From positions 26,600 to 90,599 of the IMG/VR virus record IMGVR_UViG_3300033145_002015: DNA of 64,000 bases; one strand, 5' to 3'. The position numbers were made by a program, and so were the translations under genes. Below, in pieces: positions 9,598 through 18,216 of this stretch. Numbering within the stretch: position 1 is the first letter of the stretch; each line of letters opens with the position of its first letter. Below the pieces are notes generated by a model. The model did not search any database and was not told the origin of the DNA. It saw nothing but the letters and a program-made list of their open reading frames with translations. This DNA comes from a virus (taxonomy: Duplodnaviria > Caudoviricetes).

Positions 9598-10547
9598 GAA
9601 GAAATCAGACTATCGTTGGTCGAAACCCATTTTTCGCACATCGCCGAAACTCGAACCCAGACCAAAAACCAATCTTCTTCCGAGATTGAGGTCCTGCGCA
9701 AACATGCCTGCTTGAGAAACCTTTCCCATTGCAGTTGCCGATTGGAAGTCACCTTATCCGTATAGAAAATCCGCCATGCCAGTAGAATATCTTCAGGGCT
9801 GATGGAATTTGTTCCAACCCGCAATCCGTTGGATACCGATCGAGCAATTTGTCGTCCAATCGATGTTGATGGATGTACGATATACCACGGAATAGTATTG
9901 GTGAAAGTGTTTGATTCTGGATTCTCACGATCAGTTTTAGTGATGTTCCAATTTGGAGGTTCGGTGATCAGTAAAATACACATTGCAAGCGCAAGCAGGC
10001 GATCCTGCGGTTCGCTGCAACGCAGCGCCAATGCGGTAGCATCTTCCAGTAAGGACCGAATTACCGGAGACGCTTTGGGACGAATCTCTTCGGCTATAAA
10101 CACTCTGATCTTGGATTTCTTCCCGTCAGCGATTTCGGCGGCAGATTTCATAAGACGATATTGTTGTATCAACCTAGAAGTCGCAGATTGCGGAAGCCGG
10201 AAAAACTTCAAAGTCGGATCTGCGAATAATTGCCATAAAACATAACCTGAACGGTTTCCCACTCGCTTAGTCATCTCGAAATAGGCAGTCTTAGCAATCT
10301 TCTTCGCCAATTCTTCATTGCCGTTTTCGAGATGAAGTCTGCAAAGCCGATGCGCAGTGGAAGCCAAATCGAAAGAATGAAAACATTCTGAAGCCGCAAT
10401 CAATTGCAGGTCTCTATCCACGAAGTCGTCCCGAAAAAATCTCCACATTCGATCGAACATAGCAAAGTGGGCGGTCGCAAGATTGCGACGCACCCCCATC
10501 ATCAATCCAAACCTAAGCGTCTCCCGCCACACGCCTGATTTGCGCAT
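9594..10547 (-). CDS. diverged paralogue of the RarA-C-like protein
   Basis: LRFGLMMGVRRN aligns with AIQKAIRRS and WYIVHPSTSIGR with WAYDQHTRIGK; similar length. Confidence 0.5.
   Translation of the reverse strand: MRKSGVWRETLRFGLMMGVRRNLATAHFAMFDRMWRFFRDDFVDRDLQLIAASECFHSFDLASTAHRLCRLHLENGNEELAKKIAKTAYFEMTKRVGNRSGYVLWQLFADPTLKFFRLPQSATSRLIQQYRLMKSAAEIADGKKSKIRVFIAEEIRPKASPVIRSLLEDATALALRCSEPQDRLLALAMCILLITEPPNWNITKTDRENPESNTFTNTIPWYIVHPSTSIGRQIARSVSNGLRVGTNSISPEDILLAWRIFYTDKVTSNRQLQWERFLKQACLRRTSISEEDWFLVWVRVSAMCEKWVSTNDSLISS
10395..10408. repeat. dispersed palindrome copy 2 (CGCAATCAATTGCA)
   Basis: inside a CDS, read as LQLIA. Confidence 0.9.
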
Positions 10548-10903
10548 CAGTCGGCCTTATCGAAGGAATGAAGATGTTCGATGACATCATCAAGCAGCAA
10601 TTCTTGATCTTCAACCCACAGGCCGAATGCCAGCAGCCGATAATTGATCTCATCCCTTAGTGTTTCGACGACATGGTCAATATCAATTGACCGCTCTTGA
10701 AGAATCCGATAAAACGTGACCGTATGCTTGGAAGCATTCCCAAGCAAAGCATCCATCGGATCGACCCGGCGGAGAGCTGCTTGGCTTTTGAAATTCTCGA
10801 AACGATCTCTGCTGTCGGCATAGAGCTTGGCTCTTTGGTCGAGGGTTTTAAAGCTGATCTTGATCAATTCTTCCGCCAATGTCTTAAACATATCCGCACG
10901 CAT
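10547..10903 (-). CDS. nucleotide modification associated domain 1 (DUF1599-like, all-alpha NTP pyrophosphatase fold)
   Basis: KLYADSRDRFENF and ETLRDEINYRLL motifs. Confidence 0.6.
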   Translation of the reverse strand: MRADMFKTLAEELIKISFKTLDQRAKLYADSRDRFENFKSQAALRRVDPMDALLGNASKHTVTFYRILQERSIDIDHVVETLRDEINYRLLAFGLWVEDQELLLDDVIEHLHSFDKAD

Positions 10904-10907
10904 GTCA

Positions 10908-11177
10908 TTATGCCTCCTTCATACGAGACCAGTGAATATGGATATCGGACTCATTCTGCAGAGTTTCCAACATCCGCTTTTGAATTTTGGTCATTTCCGA
11001 AAGCACCTCAATCAGCATATCCAACCGCTGAAACAATTCTTGTATCGCAGTATCTGGGATAGAGTATTCTTTAGAATACTCGTAAGTGGCAGCTTCCGCT
11101 GATTTATCCAGTATATCCTGTATATTGGAATTAAACACCATATCCCTCTTCCCCTTGCTCGGAAGTAGTGTCTTCAA
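10908..11177 (-). CDS. hypothetical protein
   Basis: ORF in the operon; probable start near 11139. Confidence 0.45.
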   Translation of the reverse strand: MKTLLPSKGKRDMVFNSNIQDILDKSAEAATYEYSKEYSIPDTAIQELFQRLDMLIEVLSEMTKIQKRMLETLQNESDIHIHWSRMKEA

Positions 11178-11394
11178 TATCGCCGCTCAGAATCATCTTG
11201 ATAATATTTTGACGCATCCGCTCAACGCGGGCATCGACAAATTGAACATACACCTTCATGATCAGAATCTGAATCAATGCCCACACTATCATCTGGGGCA
11301 ATGCCTTCCAGAGATCTTGCAAAATATCCATGTTTCCCCTCCCTTTTGGTTCAAGAGAGGGGCGAAACATCGCCCCTCTCCGCTGGAAAATCAT
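11131..11394 (-). CDS. hypothetical protein with hydrophobic helix
   Basis: MIVWALIQILIMKVYV hydrophobic segment; probable start 11331 after a GGAGG SD. Confidence 0.45.
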   Translation of the reverse strand: MIFQRRGAMFRPSLEPKGRGNMDILQDLWKALPQMIVWALIQILIMKVYVQFVDARVERMRQNIIKMILSGDIEDTTSEQGEEGYGV

Positions 11395-12374
11395 TTAATG
11401 CCCAGCATTGCATTGATATCGATTTCTTCTTCTCCATCATCAAAGCCAGGATCAGTTGCCTGCGCTGCCAGAATCTCATCGACGATATCGTCCACGCTGG
11501 CTCCCCTTGCGATCTTGATACCAAGCCCTTCTTTCTGGATGTATTCCCGAAGCTGGGCTTTAGTCATACTCCGCAAAGTGACTTCCAAATCATCTTCTGC
11601 AACAGGCCCTTCTTTCCCTCCTTCGACCTCCTCAGACTTGGGTTTGGTCTGTCGTTTTTTCTCCTTTTGCTCAACAGTATCTGCGGGCACCAAATCCACC
11701 ATGAAAATGTTCTTGGCATACGCAATCAGGCTATCCAGCGTAGGCGCAGTCGCATCTTCATGCTCCTGGAGATACGTCATGCAGATCATCTCCAGAGCAG
11801 TCACCGTATTCTCAGTGTCGATTTCCTTCTTGGCGGACTCAATGGCGTTGAGAATCACATCCGCTTCGTCGGGAGACATCCGAAGACTCATCCGAACCTC
11901 CCCGATCTTTTGGGTGGTTCCAACAGATTCTCCACGGCGCTCCCTGATAAACTGCACTACAGCAGGAGTTGGATTTTTCTCCGCCACATCCAAAAGCTCG
12001 TCCACGTTCTCTTCGGTCATTTCACGGACGATTTCCTTGGTCTTGGTCCACCCGATTTGAAGCAGCCTCTCTTCCGGCAATTTGAGTTGTTTTGCCTTCC
12101 GCCAGATATCAATTAGATACTGAGCCTTTCTCTCCTTCGTGCCCAGATCCAATTCGGCGTATTCACGGAAGGAATTATAGCCGTAATCAATGTAATACTG
12201 CTTTTCCCGAACCTCATACAGCAATTCGGCCAGCCTCAGGTAATTAGATACGGTTTGGATCTTGATCTTGTTGATCTCTTCCCGTACCTTTTCGGCTCTG
12301 GTTAAAGTCTTTTTCTTTCCAGGAACCAAAGCCTTGCCCGTGTCCTTGTCTTTTGTTTTAGCTTTACGCGCCAT
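11391..12374 (-). CDS. putative DNA-binding protein (HTH-like N-region, Rho-N/HeH-like C-terminal helix pair)
   Basis: YGYNSFREYAELDLGTKERKAQYLI HTH-like segment; C-terminal SMTKAQLREYIQKEGLGI..ASVDDIVDEIL. Confidence 0.5.
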   Translation of the reverse strand: MARKAKTKDKDTGKALVPGKKKTLTRAEKVREEINKIKIQTVSNYLRLAELLYEVREKQYYIDYGYNSFREYAELDLGTKERKAQYLIDIWRKAKQLKLPEERLLQIGWTKTKEIVREMTEENVDELLDVAEKNPTPAVVQFIRERRGESVGTTQKIGEVRMSLRMSPDEADVILNAIESAKKEIDTENTVTALEMICMTYLQEHEDATAPTLDSLIAYAKNIFMVDLVPADTVEQKEKKRQTKPKSEEVEGGKEGPVAEDDLEVTLRSMTKAQLREYIQKEGLGIKIARGASVDDIVDEILAAQATDPGFDDGEEEIDINAMLGIK

Positions 12375-13965
12375 CGATACTCCCTCCTGTTCCTGTCTTT
12401 ATCTTGTGTTTAACTCGTCTCATCTTAACCTCGCCTCCTTCTGATGCCTTGCTTTTCGCACTCGTGCTGACAGGCTTGGCTCTATCCGCACAAAATTTGC
12501 GAATAGCAGATATCTTTTCTTTGTCGGCTACAGACTGTGGATAAAACTGTTTGATCTCAGCCAGGATGTCTTCGGTGGTCACCTCCCGCCCACCATCCGC
12601 AAAAGCGGTAAACATTGCTTCCTGGATTACGGCCTCGATCTCGGAGCCGACAAAGCCAGCAGATGCCGCAGCCAAAAGTCTGAGATTGAACTTCGATGGA
12701 TCACGATTTCGCTTTCTGAGATGAATTTCAAAAATTTCCTTTCGCCCATTCGTCTGCGGCAAATCGGCTGCAAATACTGCATCAAACCTCCCGGCCCGAT
12801 AGACTTCCGGTGGAATTCCTTCAATTCGATTCACGGTCGCTACACAGAATGCAGGACATGTTCGTTCCTGCATCCAAGTCAAAATAGTACTGATCACTCT
12901 CGCAGTAACACCGGAGTCAGCCGATCCAGACGAAGAAAGTCCAGCGAAACCTTTATCCAACTCATCGAACAGCACCACAATCGGGGAAACCGTTTCAATG
13001 GTACGAAGCGCTCTTCGGACCATTTCTTCGGATTCGCCTACATATTTCCGAAAGAGACTTCCAATATCAAATTTGATCAGCGGCATCTCCAGATATGATG
13101 CTATTACTTTGGCCGTCAAAGTCTTTCCAGTGCCTGGCGGTCCGATTACTACGATCCCTTTCGGCACCGGAAGGGGATATTCCCTCGCTTCATCAGAAAA
13201 CGCTCCTGCCCGCTTCCGCACCCATTCGATCAGAAGATCGAAGTCTCCAAGATCGTCAATCGTCTCCGAAACGTCCATGATTTCGAGGATCCCGCTCTTC
13301 TTGATGGCCTGTGTCTTCTCTGCCTGAATCATGCCGATATCGATTGCATCTTTCTCGATTATCGAAAGAGAAATCGCATTTTCAGCTTCGATCTCAGTAA
13401 GACCCAAAGCGGATTCGGCTGCCTTATCCAGGATAAACCGATAAGCAGACGATTTCCGATCAATCGGCAATTCAGATGACGTTACTATGTTATCGAAAAG
13501 GTCTGCCAAGGATGCCTTATCCGGCAGAGGAAAATCTACATACGTTATGAACGGAGTCAGCTCCGAAGGAAAATCGTATCCAGGACCCACGAAAATTATG
13601 TGGCTTCCCTCCTTTCGACAGCGAAGAATGGCATCCTTGGCAGCCTGCAGCACCAGCGGCTGGACGAGATATTTGATGGCGTTGAAGAATACCGCCACCA
13701 CCCGCCTGGAATCCGTTCCGAGGACATCAAACGCCGATTTTATATCGGCAGCCTGAACAGGACTCCCTATCTCGTTCAACAGACCAGTGGTGCTTTTCCA
13801 GGCCCATACGTAGAAATTGGAAGATTCTTCCACCATCGTCTGGACCTTTTCCACTTCTTTTTTAATCATGGCCATAGCTCTATCGTCCTCCGCTGTATCA
13901 ATGTACAGCGCAGGAAAGCCTGCCATGATATAGGAAGACAGTTCTACCCGCATAGCCTTACTCAA
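12364..13965 (-). CDS. Ycf46-like AAA+ ATPase
   Basis: GPPGTGKT Walker A, LFDELDK Walker B, YRAGRFD arginine finger, N-terminal inactive AAA-like domain as in Ycf46. Confidence 0.85.
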   Translation of the reverse strand: MSKAMRVELSSYIMAGFPALYIDTAEDDRAMAMIKKEVEKVQTMVEESSNFYVWAWKSTTGLLNEIGSPVQAADIKSAFDVLGTDSRRVVAVFFNAIKYLVQPLVLQAAKDAILRCRKEGSHIIFVGPGYDFPSELTPFITYVDFPLPDKASLADLFDNIVTSSELPIDRKSSAYRFILDKAAESALGLTEIEAENAISLSIIEKDAIDIGMIQAEKTQAIKKSGILEIMDVSETIDDLGDFDLLIEWVRKRAGAFSDEAREYPLPVPKGIVVIGPPGTGKTLTAKVIASYLEMPLIKFDIGSLFRKYVGESEEMVRRALRTIETVSPIVVLFDELDKGFAGLSSSGSADSGVTARVISTILTWMQERTCPAFCVATVNRIEGIPPEVYRAGRFDAVFAADLPQTNGRKEIFEIHLRKRNRDPSKFNLRLLAAASAGFVGSEIEAVIQEAMFTAFADGGREVTTEDILAEIKQFYPQSVADKEKISAIRKFCADRAKPVSTSAKSKASEGGEVKMRRVKHKIKTGTGGSIDGA

Positions 13966-13988
13966 GCTCCTTTCGTTGATTTTGGAAT

Positions 13989-14017
13989 ATAGTACTAAAG
14001 GAGCTTGTAAAAGTCAA
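13989..14017 (-). promoter_or_regulatory. sigma70-like promoter
   Basis: TTGACT-N17-TACTAT preceded by GATTTTCTTC. Confidence 0.75.
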
Positions 14018-14025
14018 GAAGAAAA

Positions 14026-14301
14026 TCAACCCGATTTCCTGCTGCGACGGGTTTTCTTCCCTTTTGAATCAGCTACCAGTCTGAAATTCTTCCTGACATT
14101 ACGATAGTCTTCCCACCTGATGACCGTCTTTTTCGAGGTTCCCAATCCCACCCTGGAAAACGCCAGATCGACCACGTAAAACTTCTTCCCGGTCGAAGTT
14201 TCTTCGATTTGCCGTCCCTTCCACAAGAAGGGTCGGCTGGTGGCCAAATCCTTGATCGCCAATAGTTCTTCCGCACTCTTGCGCTCACGAACTCCTTCCA
14301 T
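14026..14301 (-). CDS. hypothetical basic protein
   Basis: ATG at 14301 preceded by GGAGG SD. Confidence 0.55.
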   Translation of the reverse strand: MEGVRERKSAEELLAIKDLATSRPFLWKGRQIEETSTGKKFYVVDLAFSRVGLGTSKKTVIRWEDYRNVRKNFRLVADSKGKKTRRSRKSG

Positions 14302-14932
14302 CTTGCGCCTCCTTCCATCCTTGAAAAACAGTATACCAGTCTGGATTGGTTTCCAAAACCTTCTGGACACACTGTTCTTCGTATAGATATAGATCGTTCT
14401 TGTCCCTTACTACCACTGCCTCTACCAATTTGGCTACAGCGAAAGCATCGCAGACATCATCATTGGGAAAAATAATCTTCCACTTGGCGTGGGCGTAGGC
14501 CAGATGCAAATTCTTTTTCACATTGGAACCGTGACCCACAATAAACTTCTTCAACGTTTTGGGATTCACTTTCAGGGGGAGCCTCCCGGTCAAAGACCAA
14601 AGGGTCTGTTTGATGAGACATCCGACTTCTGCCAGATCAATCAGCCGTCCCACGACTTTTCCCAAAGCATAATCTTCAATGCCCCACCAGCAATTGGTCG
14701 GCGGCTCCCCAACAACCTCACACACCTCTGAAACTTTTTTCATGACTTCCGTAGCAATATATCGTACCCTCACCTCCTTCGACGTAAAATTTTGCGGCCT
14801 AGTCTTGACCACATGCAGTTTCACTACCGAGCCGCAATTAATTGCGGCTATGCCGGTAGCCGTCAATGAAGAATCAATTCCAATTATGAGCGGCTCTGGT
14901 CCCATTCCAAACACTCCCTTTCCACAGGACAC
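14285..14932 (-). CDS. ruvC: RuvC-like Holliday junction resolvase
   Basis: IIGIDSSLTATG, GIEDY and DDVCDAFAVA acidic catalytic motifs. Confidence 0.85.
   Translation of the reverse strand: MSCGKGVFGMGPEPLIIGIDSSLTATGIAAINCGSVVKLHVVKTRPQNFTSKEVRVRYIATEVMKKVSEVCEVVGEPPTNCWWGIEDYALGKVVGRLIDLAEVGCLIKQTLWSLTGRLPLKVNPKTLKKFIVGHGSNVKKNLHLAYAHAKWKIIFPNDDVCDAFAVAKLVEAVVVRDKNDLYLYEEQCVQKVLETNPDWYTVFQGWKEAQDGRSS
14833..14846. repeat. dispersed palindrome copy 3 (CGCAATTAATTGCG)
   Basis: inside ruvC; perfect 20-bp palindrome at 14830-14849. Confidence 0.9.
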
Positions 14933-15804
14933 TGATATTTCCCAAAAGCAGCTTTAGGGCACCTTGCCATTTTTGAAGATGGTGTCCTAGATGGTAAGTC
15001 TTTGATTTCATTCAAAATCGGATCATAGCTATCCAAAAGTATCTGTCGCATATTATCAATGTCACCCACTATTTTAGCCCGTCTCCTTACTGAAAAGAAC
15101 TTGAACGGAAGTTTGTTTTCCGTCCTTGGAATCTGTTTTGCAGCATATAACACATAACCTATCGAAGTATCCACCGCAAATGGAAAACTGGAATAATCCA
15201 CCAACAGCATATACGCGTGCAGTTGCATTACATCTTGCCATCTTGGACCTTTCAGAGATTCAAATTCGCCGACCGCCATCGTCTTGATCTCGCCCAAACG
15301 AATTATCTTGGAATCATCATCCACTCTGATTAACAGATCAGGGTGGCCGGACATGCCGGGGATCCGAAGCTCCAATTCATTGTAGATCAAAGCTCCCGCA
15401 TTTGATTTACATCGTGGGCAATACTTGGGCTTACGTTCCAAATACGGGGTTGAATACGTGCAGGCCAGACATTTCCATCTTCCTGCTACACGATTCCCCA
15501 AATACTGAGGATCGTTCTGTAAAATACGATGGACAGCATTGCCTATCGCAAAAGTCATCTTCGTATGAATCGCCAAAGATTTCTTCAGGCGATCGGATGC
15601 CTGCAAATATGATCCCAAAATGATTTCGCGAAGACATAGCTGACTTACACTGCTGGCATGAATCGTTCCATCATACATTCTACCCACATCGAGCTGCTTA
15701 CTCCGATCTCCAATACAGGGCATCAACGATATAAGCAGTTCTTGATCGGTCATTGAATCAACCCTGCACTGGGCTTCGCGACGCTTTCTTCTAACGAATC
15801 GCAC
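14884..15804 (-). CDS. Cas4-like PD-(D/E)XK exonuclease with Zn-ribbon insertion
   Basis: IHASSVSQLC, GNAVH, GHPDLL, GEIKT and QLHAY motifs; CxxC...CxxC insert; C-terminal Cys cluster. Confidence 0.8.
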   Translation of the reverse strand: MRFVRRKRREAQCRVDSMTDQELLISLMPCIGDRSKQLDVGRMYDGTIHASSVSQLCLREIILGSYLQASDRLKKSLAIHTKMTFAIGNAVHRILQNDPQYLGNRVAGRWKCLACTYSTPYLERKPKYCPRCKSNAGALIYNELELRIPGMSGHPDLLIRVDDDSKIIRLGEIKTMAVGEFESLKGPRWQDVMQLHAYMLLVDYSSFPFAVDTSIGYVLYAAKQIPRTENKLPFKFFSVRRRAKIVGDIDNMRQILLDSYDPILNEIKDLPSRTPSSKMARCPKAAFGKYQCPVERECLEWDQSRS

Positions 15805-16357
15805 GGGACTTCCTCCCGAACATCTTGGAAACAGCAGCTTTACCCAAATATGCAGGAGCTAAAATCAAATTTCCATCACCGAGCTGCTGAACTATCTGAG
15901 TAAGTTTAGACACTGCTCCGATTCCCCACCAGCCTTTGGCTTCCAGCAGCTTGCCGAATTGAGGAAACCAGAAATCCGGAATATAAACACTACCATCATC
16001 CATCCGAATAGCCCTACGCTCGTATTCAAATTCGATATTTTCTACAGTAAACAGCCATGCCAGCGCACGCTCATACTCCGAACGCATGTTTCTCCCGTCT
16101 CTCCTGAACCAAGACGGTCTATCGATAAGCAACCCGGATATATCGTTTGAAGCGGGTTGCTGAATCAATTGCAGCAAACATGGTAGTGAACAGCATAAAA
16201 CATTCCAAAATGCTGAAATATTGCCGACATGAGATCTCTTTCGTTCTACGACGAAGATATCGCCACATGATGCACACCTAAGCCGAAGATTGGTCCTTTG
16301 CGGTGATCCCTTTGATTTTTGCCGTTTCAATTGTAATCCTCCGTAAGATTTTAGCAT
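15791..16357 (-). CDS. PD-(D/E)XK endonuclease with N-terminal Zn finger
   Basis: RSEYE..FEYE..YIPDF..LEAKG motif; N-terminal CASC and CCSLPC. Confidence 0.75.
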   Translation of the reverse strand: MLKSYGGLQLKRQKSKGSPQRTNLRLRCASCGDIFVVERKRSHVGNISAFWNVLCCSLPCLLQLIQQPASNDISGLLIDRPSWFRRDGRNMRSEYERALAWLFTVENIEFEYERRAIRMDDGSVYIPDFWFPQFGKLLEAKGWWGIGAVSKLTQIVQQLGDGNLILAPAYLGKAAVSKMFGRKSRAIR

Positions 16358-17426
16358 GTACAGGATTCTCGTCCAAATGAGCCATAATGCTATTCAAAGT
16401 CTTAAATCTTAAAATTTCCTCATTGATCTTTACAACATACTTCGCCGAAGAACCTCCATCCATAATCGTTCCGATCTTTCTGGCCCATAGAACCAGCGTC
16501 GGGATATCCAGAACAGTCCCTTTGGCGTAGTTCTCAAAAGAATCCGCACTTACAATTTCATATTCTCCGCTGGTTCCCAGAACTCTTATCTTGTATTTGT
16601 CAATCTTCACCGAGGATTTGGTTACCAAAGGAAGCCCGGTCATTTTATCTATTTTTTGATCCGCTTCCTTGGGAGCTATCGACCGTGCCCCGACCCTGAG
16701 CGATAAACTATATGCAAACTTGGCCGCCCAGCCAGATGGTTGTTCTTCCGGGCTGCCAAAGACTCTTCCGATTTTAGAACGGATTTGATTGATGAATAAA
16801 GCCGCCACCTTGTGGCCTATTTTCCGCTCGTGGAGCACTCGGGAAGTCACCTTCCTGAACATCTTGGCCACAAGCCTGGCTTGAAGACCTGGTTGTAGAT
16901 CATCGGCCCCGCCTTCCAGTTCTGAAGTCGGTTCCAGCATGGCCAGCGAATCAATGATTACTAGACCGCAATCCTGCGCCCGAACCAGACTTTCAGCCAA
17001 ATCTACTGCAGCTTCCCCGGTATCAGGAAGACAATAGACGTAACTTTCCGGATCACACCCCAGAGCTGCCGCCCAATCACGATCCAGAGCACCTTCGACA
17101 TCCACATATGCTGATTTCATTCTAAGCGGTGCATCGCACTGACATTCTTCCAAATACTTGAAGCAATTCCAGCATATTGAATTGACGCCGATCACCCACT
17201 TCATGGCCAATGTTGATTTCCCTGCCGCAGGAGGTCCCCAAACGCAAGAAGATCTCCATATAGGCAGCCCTCCGCCGGTCACGAAATCAACTGGAAAGAT
17301 ATCGGACGGGATTCGATTGACATCACCCAAGACAGCACCGCCGGGGACAATAGTCCCATCGCCGTATTTCTTGTTATAATTAGAAGTCAGTTCCGCCAAC
17401 GTCGGACCCCGTTGTTTTCCTGTCAC
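16278..17426 (-). CDS. recA: RecA/UvsX recombinase
   Basis: GPPAAGKS Walker A, DVEGALD, IIDSLAML, QARLVAKMFRK, FINQIRSKIG. Confidence 0.92.
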   Translation of the reverse strand: MTGKQRGPTLAELTSNYNKKYGDGTIVPGGAVLGDVNRIPSDIFPVDFVTGGGLPIWRSSCVWGPPAAGKSTLAMKWVIGVNSICWNCFKYLEECQCDAPLRMKSAYVDVEGALDRDWAAALGCDPESYVYCLPDTGEAAVDLAESLVRAQDCGLVIIDSLAMLEPTSELEGGADDLQPGLQARLVAKMFRKVTSRVLHERKIGHKVAALFINQIRSKIGRVFGSPEEQPSGWAAKFAYSLSLRVGARSIAPKEADQKIDKMTGLPLVTKSSVKIDKYKIRVLGTSGEYEIVSADSFENYAKGTVLDIPTLVLWARKIGTIMDGGSSAKYVVKINEEILRFKTLNSIMAHLDENPVHAKILRRITIETAKIKGITAKDQSSA

Positions 17427-17748
17427 CTTCCATCTCCTTTACGACGGCATCCAATTTTTCGTCTACCCATCCCAAAACATCGGCATAGACTGAATCTATT
17501 TCTTCCACATAACACGGCATTTCTAAAGAGACATCAACTCTTCCGAATTCCATATTCCCGAGATTCACAGTCGCTCCCATTCGGACAGAAACTTTGGCCG
17601 GTTCAGTGACAAAACTACGAACCTGAATCACTTCATCAGTTTGTTTCAGCGAGGTCCTGTACGTTGAGATCACCGCTATCGCTGCTGCGGATTTCTGTTT
17701 CTTCTGGGGCTTTGACTTCAGTATTGACTCGTTTGGTTTGCGGGTCAT
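17380..17748 (-). CDS. hypothetical protein
   Basis: AGGAGG SD; VSVRMGATVNLGNMEFGRVDV beta-rich motif seen in phage proteins near recombination genes. Confidence 0.6.
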   Translation of the reverse strand: MTRKPNESILKSKPQKKQKSAAAIAVISTYRTSLKQTDEVIQVRSFVTEPAKVSVRMGATVNLGNMEFGRVDVSLEMPCYVEEIDSVYADVLGWVDEKLDAVVKEMEGDRKTTGSDVGGTDF

Positions 17749-18214
17749 AAATAACCTCCTTATTCCAATACTTTTTCAGCAAAAGCCTGGTTGCTGCACG
17801 TTGTTTACGAGTCATCCGCTGATACCCCTTCATTTTGCTCAGCAGCAGAATCTGGGTCGGCGTGAACCACCGCCAGCGCCTCGACGTAGTGTCCCGCACC
17901 GGCTCAGGAATAATCCCTTCCTTGATCCAGTGTCGAACAGTCAGAATAGAAACTTCCGCAATTTTGGCCGCATACGATATCGAATAATAGGTCATCCCAT
18001 CTTTGATGACAATGTTGTGAGCCACATCAGTAGGCTCCCCGAATTCATACACCTTCTTACCTTCCCGAATTTTTCGTCTTCGATAGCTCTCTCTGGAAAG
18101 CTGCTTCAGACGTTCGCGATAGTCGGGATCAGTTCGATACCTCTCGCGTTTTTTCTTGGCTATCCGGTGTTTATGCACTTCGTAATAGTCTCTGTGATAA
18201 GATGCATCTACCAT
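17636..18214 (-). CDS. MerR-type HTH DNA-binding protein
   Basis: YYSISYAAKIAEVSILTVRHWIKEGIIPEP..RWFT; start re-assigned to ATG 18214 with a GAGG SD. Confidence 0.75.
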   Translation of the reverse strand: MVDASYHRDYYEVHKHRIAKKKRERYRTDPDYRERLKQLSRESYRRRKIREGKKVYEFGEPTDVAHNIVIKDGMTYYSISYAAKIAEVSILTVRHWIKEGIIPEPVRDTTSRRWRWFTPTQILLLSKMKGYQRMTRKQRAATRLLLKKYWNKEVIYDPQTKRVNTEVKAPEETEIRSSDSGDLNVQDLAETN

Positions 18215-18216
18215 GG

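Noticed and set aside
11086-12116. Long plus-strand ORFs (324 and 279 aa), and other plus-strand ORFs throughout the window
   Set aside because: They are antisense shadows of well-supported minus-strand genes, with no recognisable motifs, SD sites or promoters.
14884-15804. CRISPR adaptation Cas4
   Set aside because: No cas1/cas2 or array; the location in a RecA-RuvC operon indicates a solo recombination exonuclease.
16161-16175. Additional near-matches to the dispersed palindrome (e.g. TGAATCAATTGC here, GCAATTGATCTT near 37934)
   Set aside because: Two or more mismatches in the core, so they were not counted among the 12 sites.
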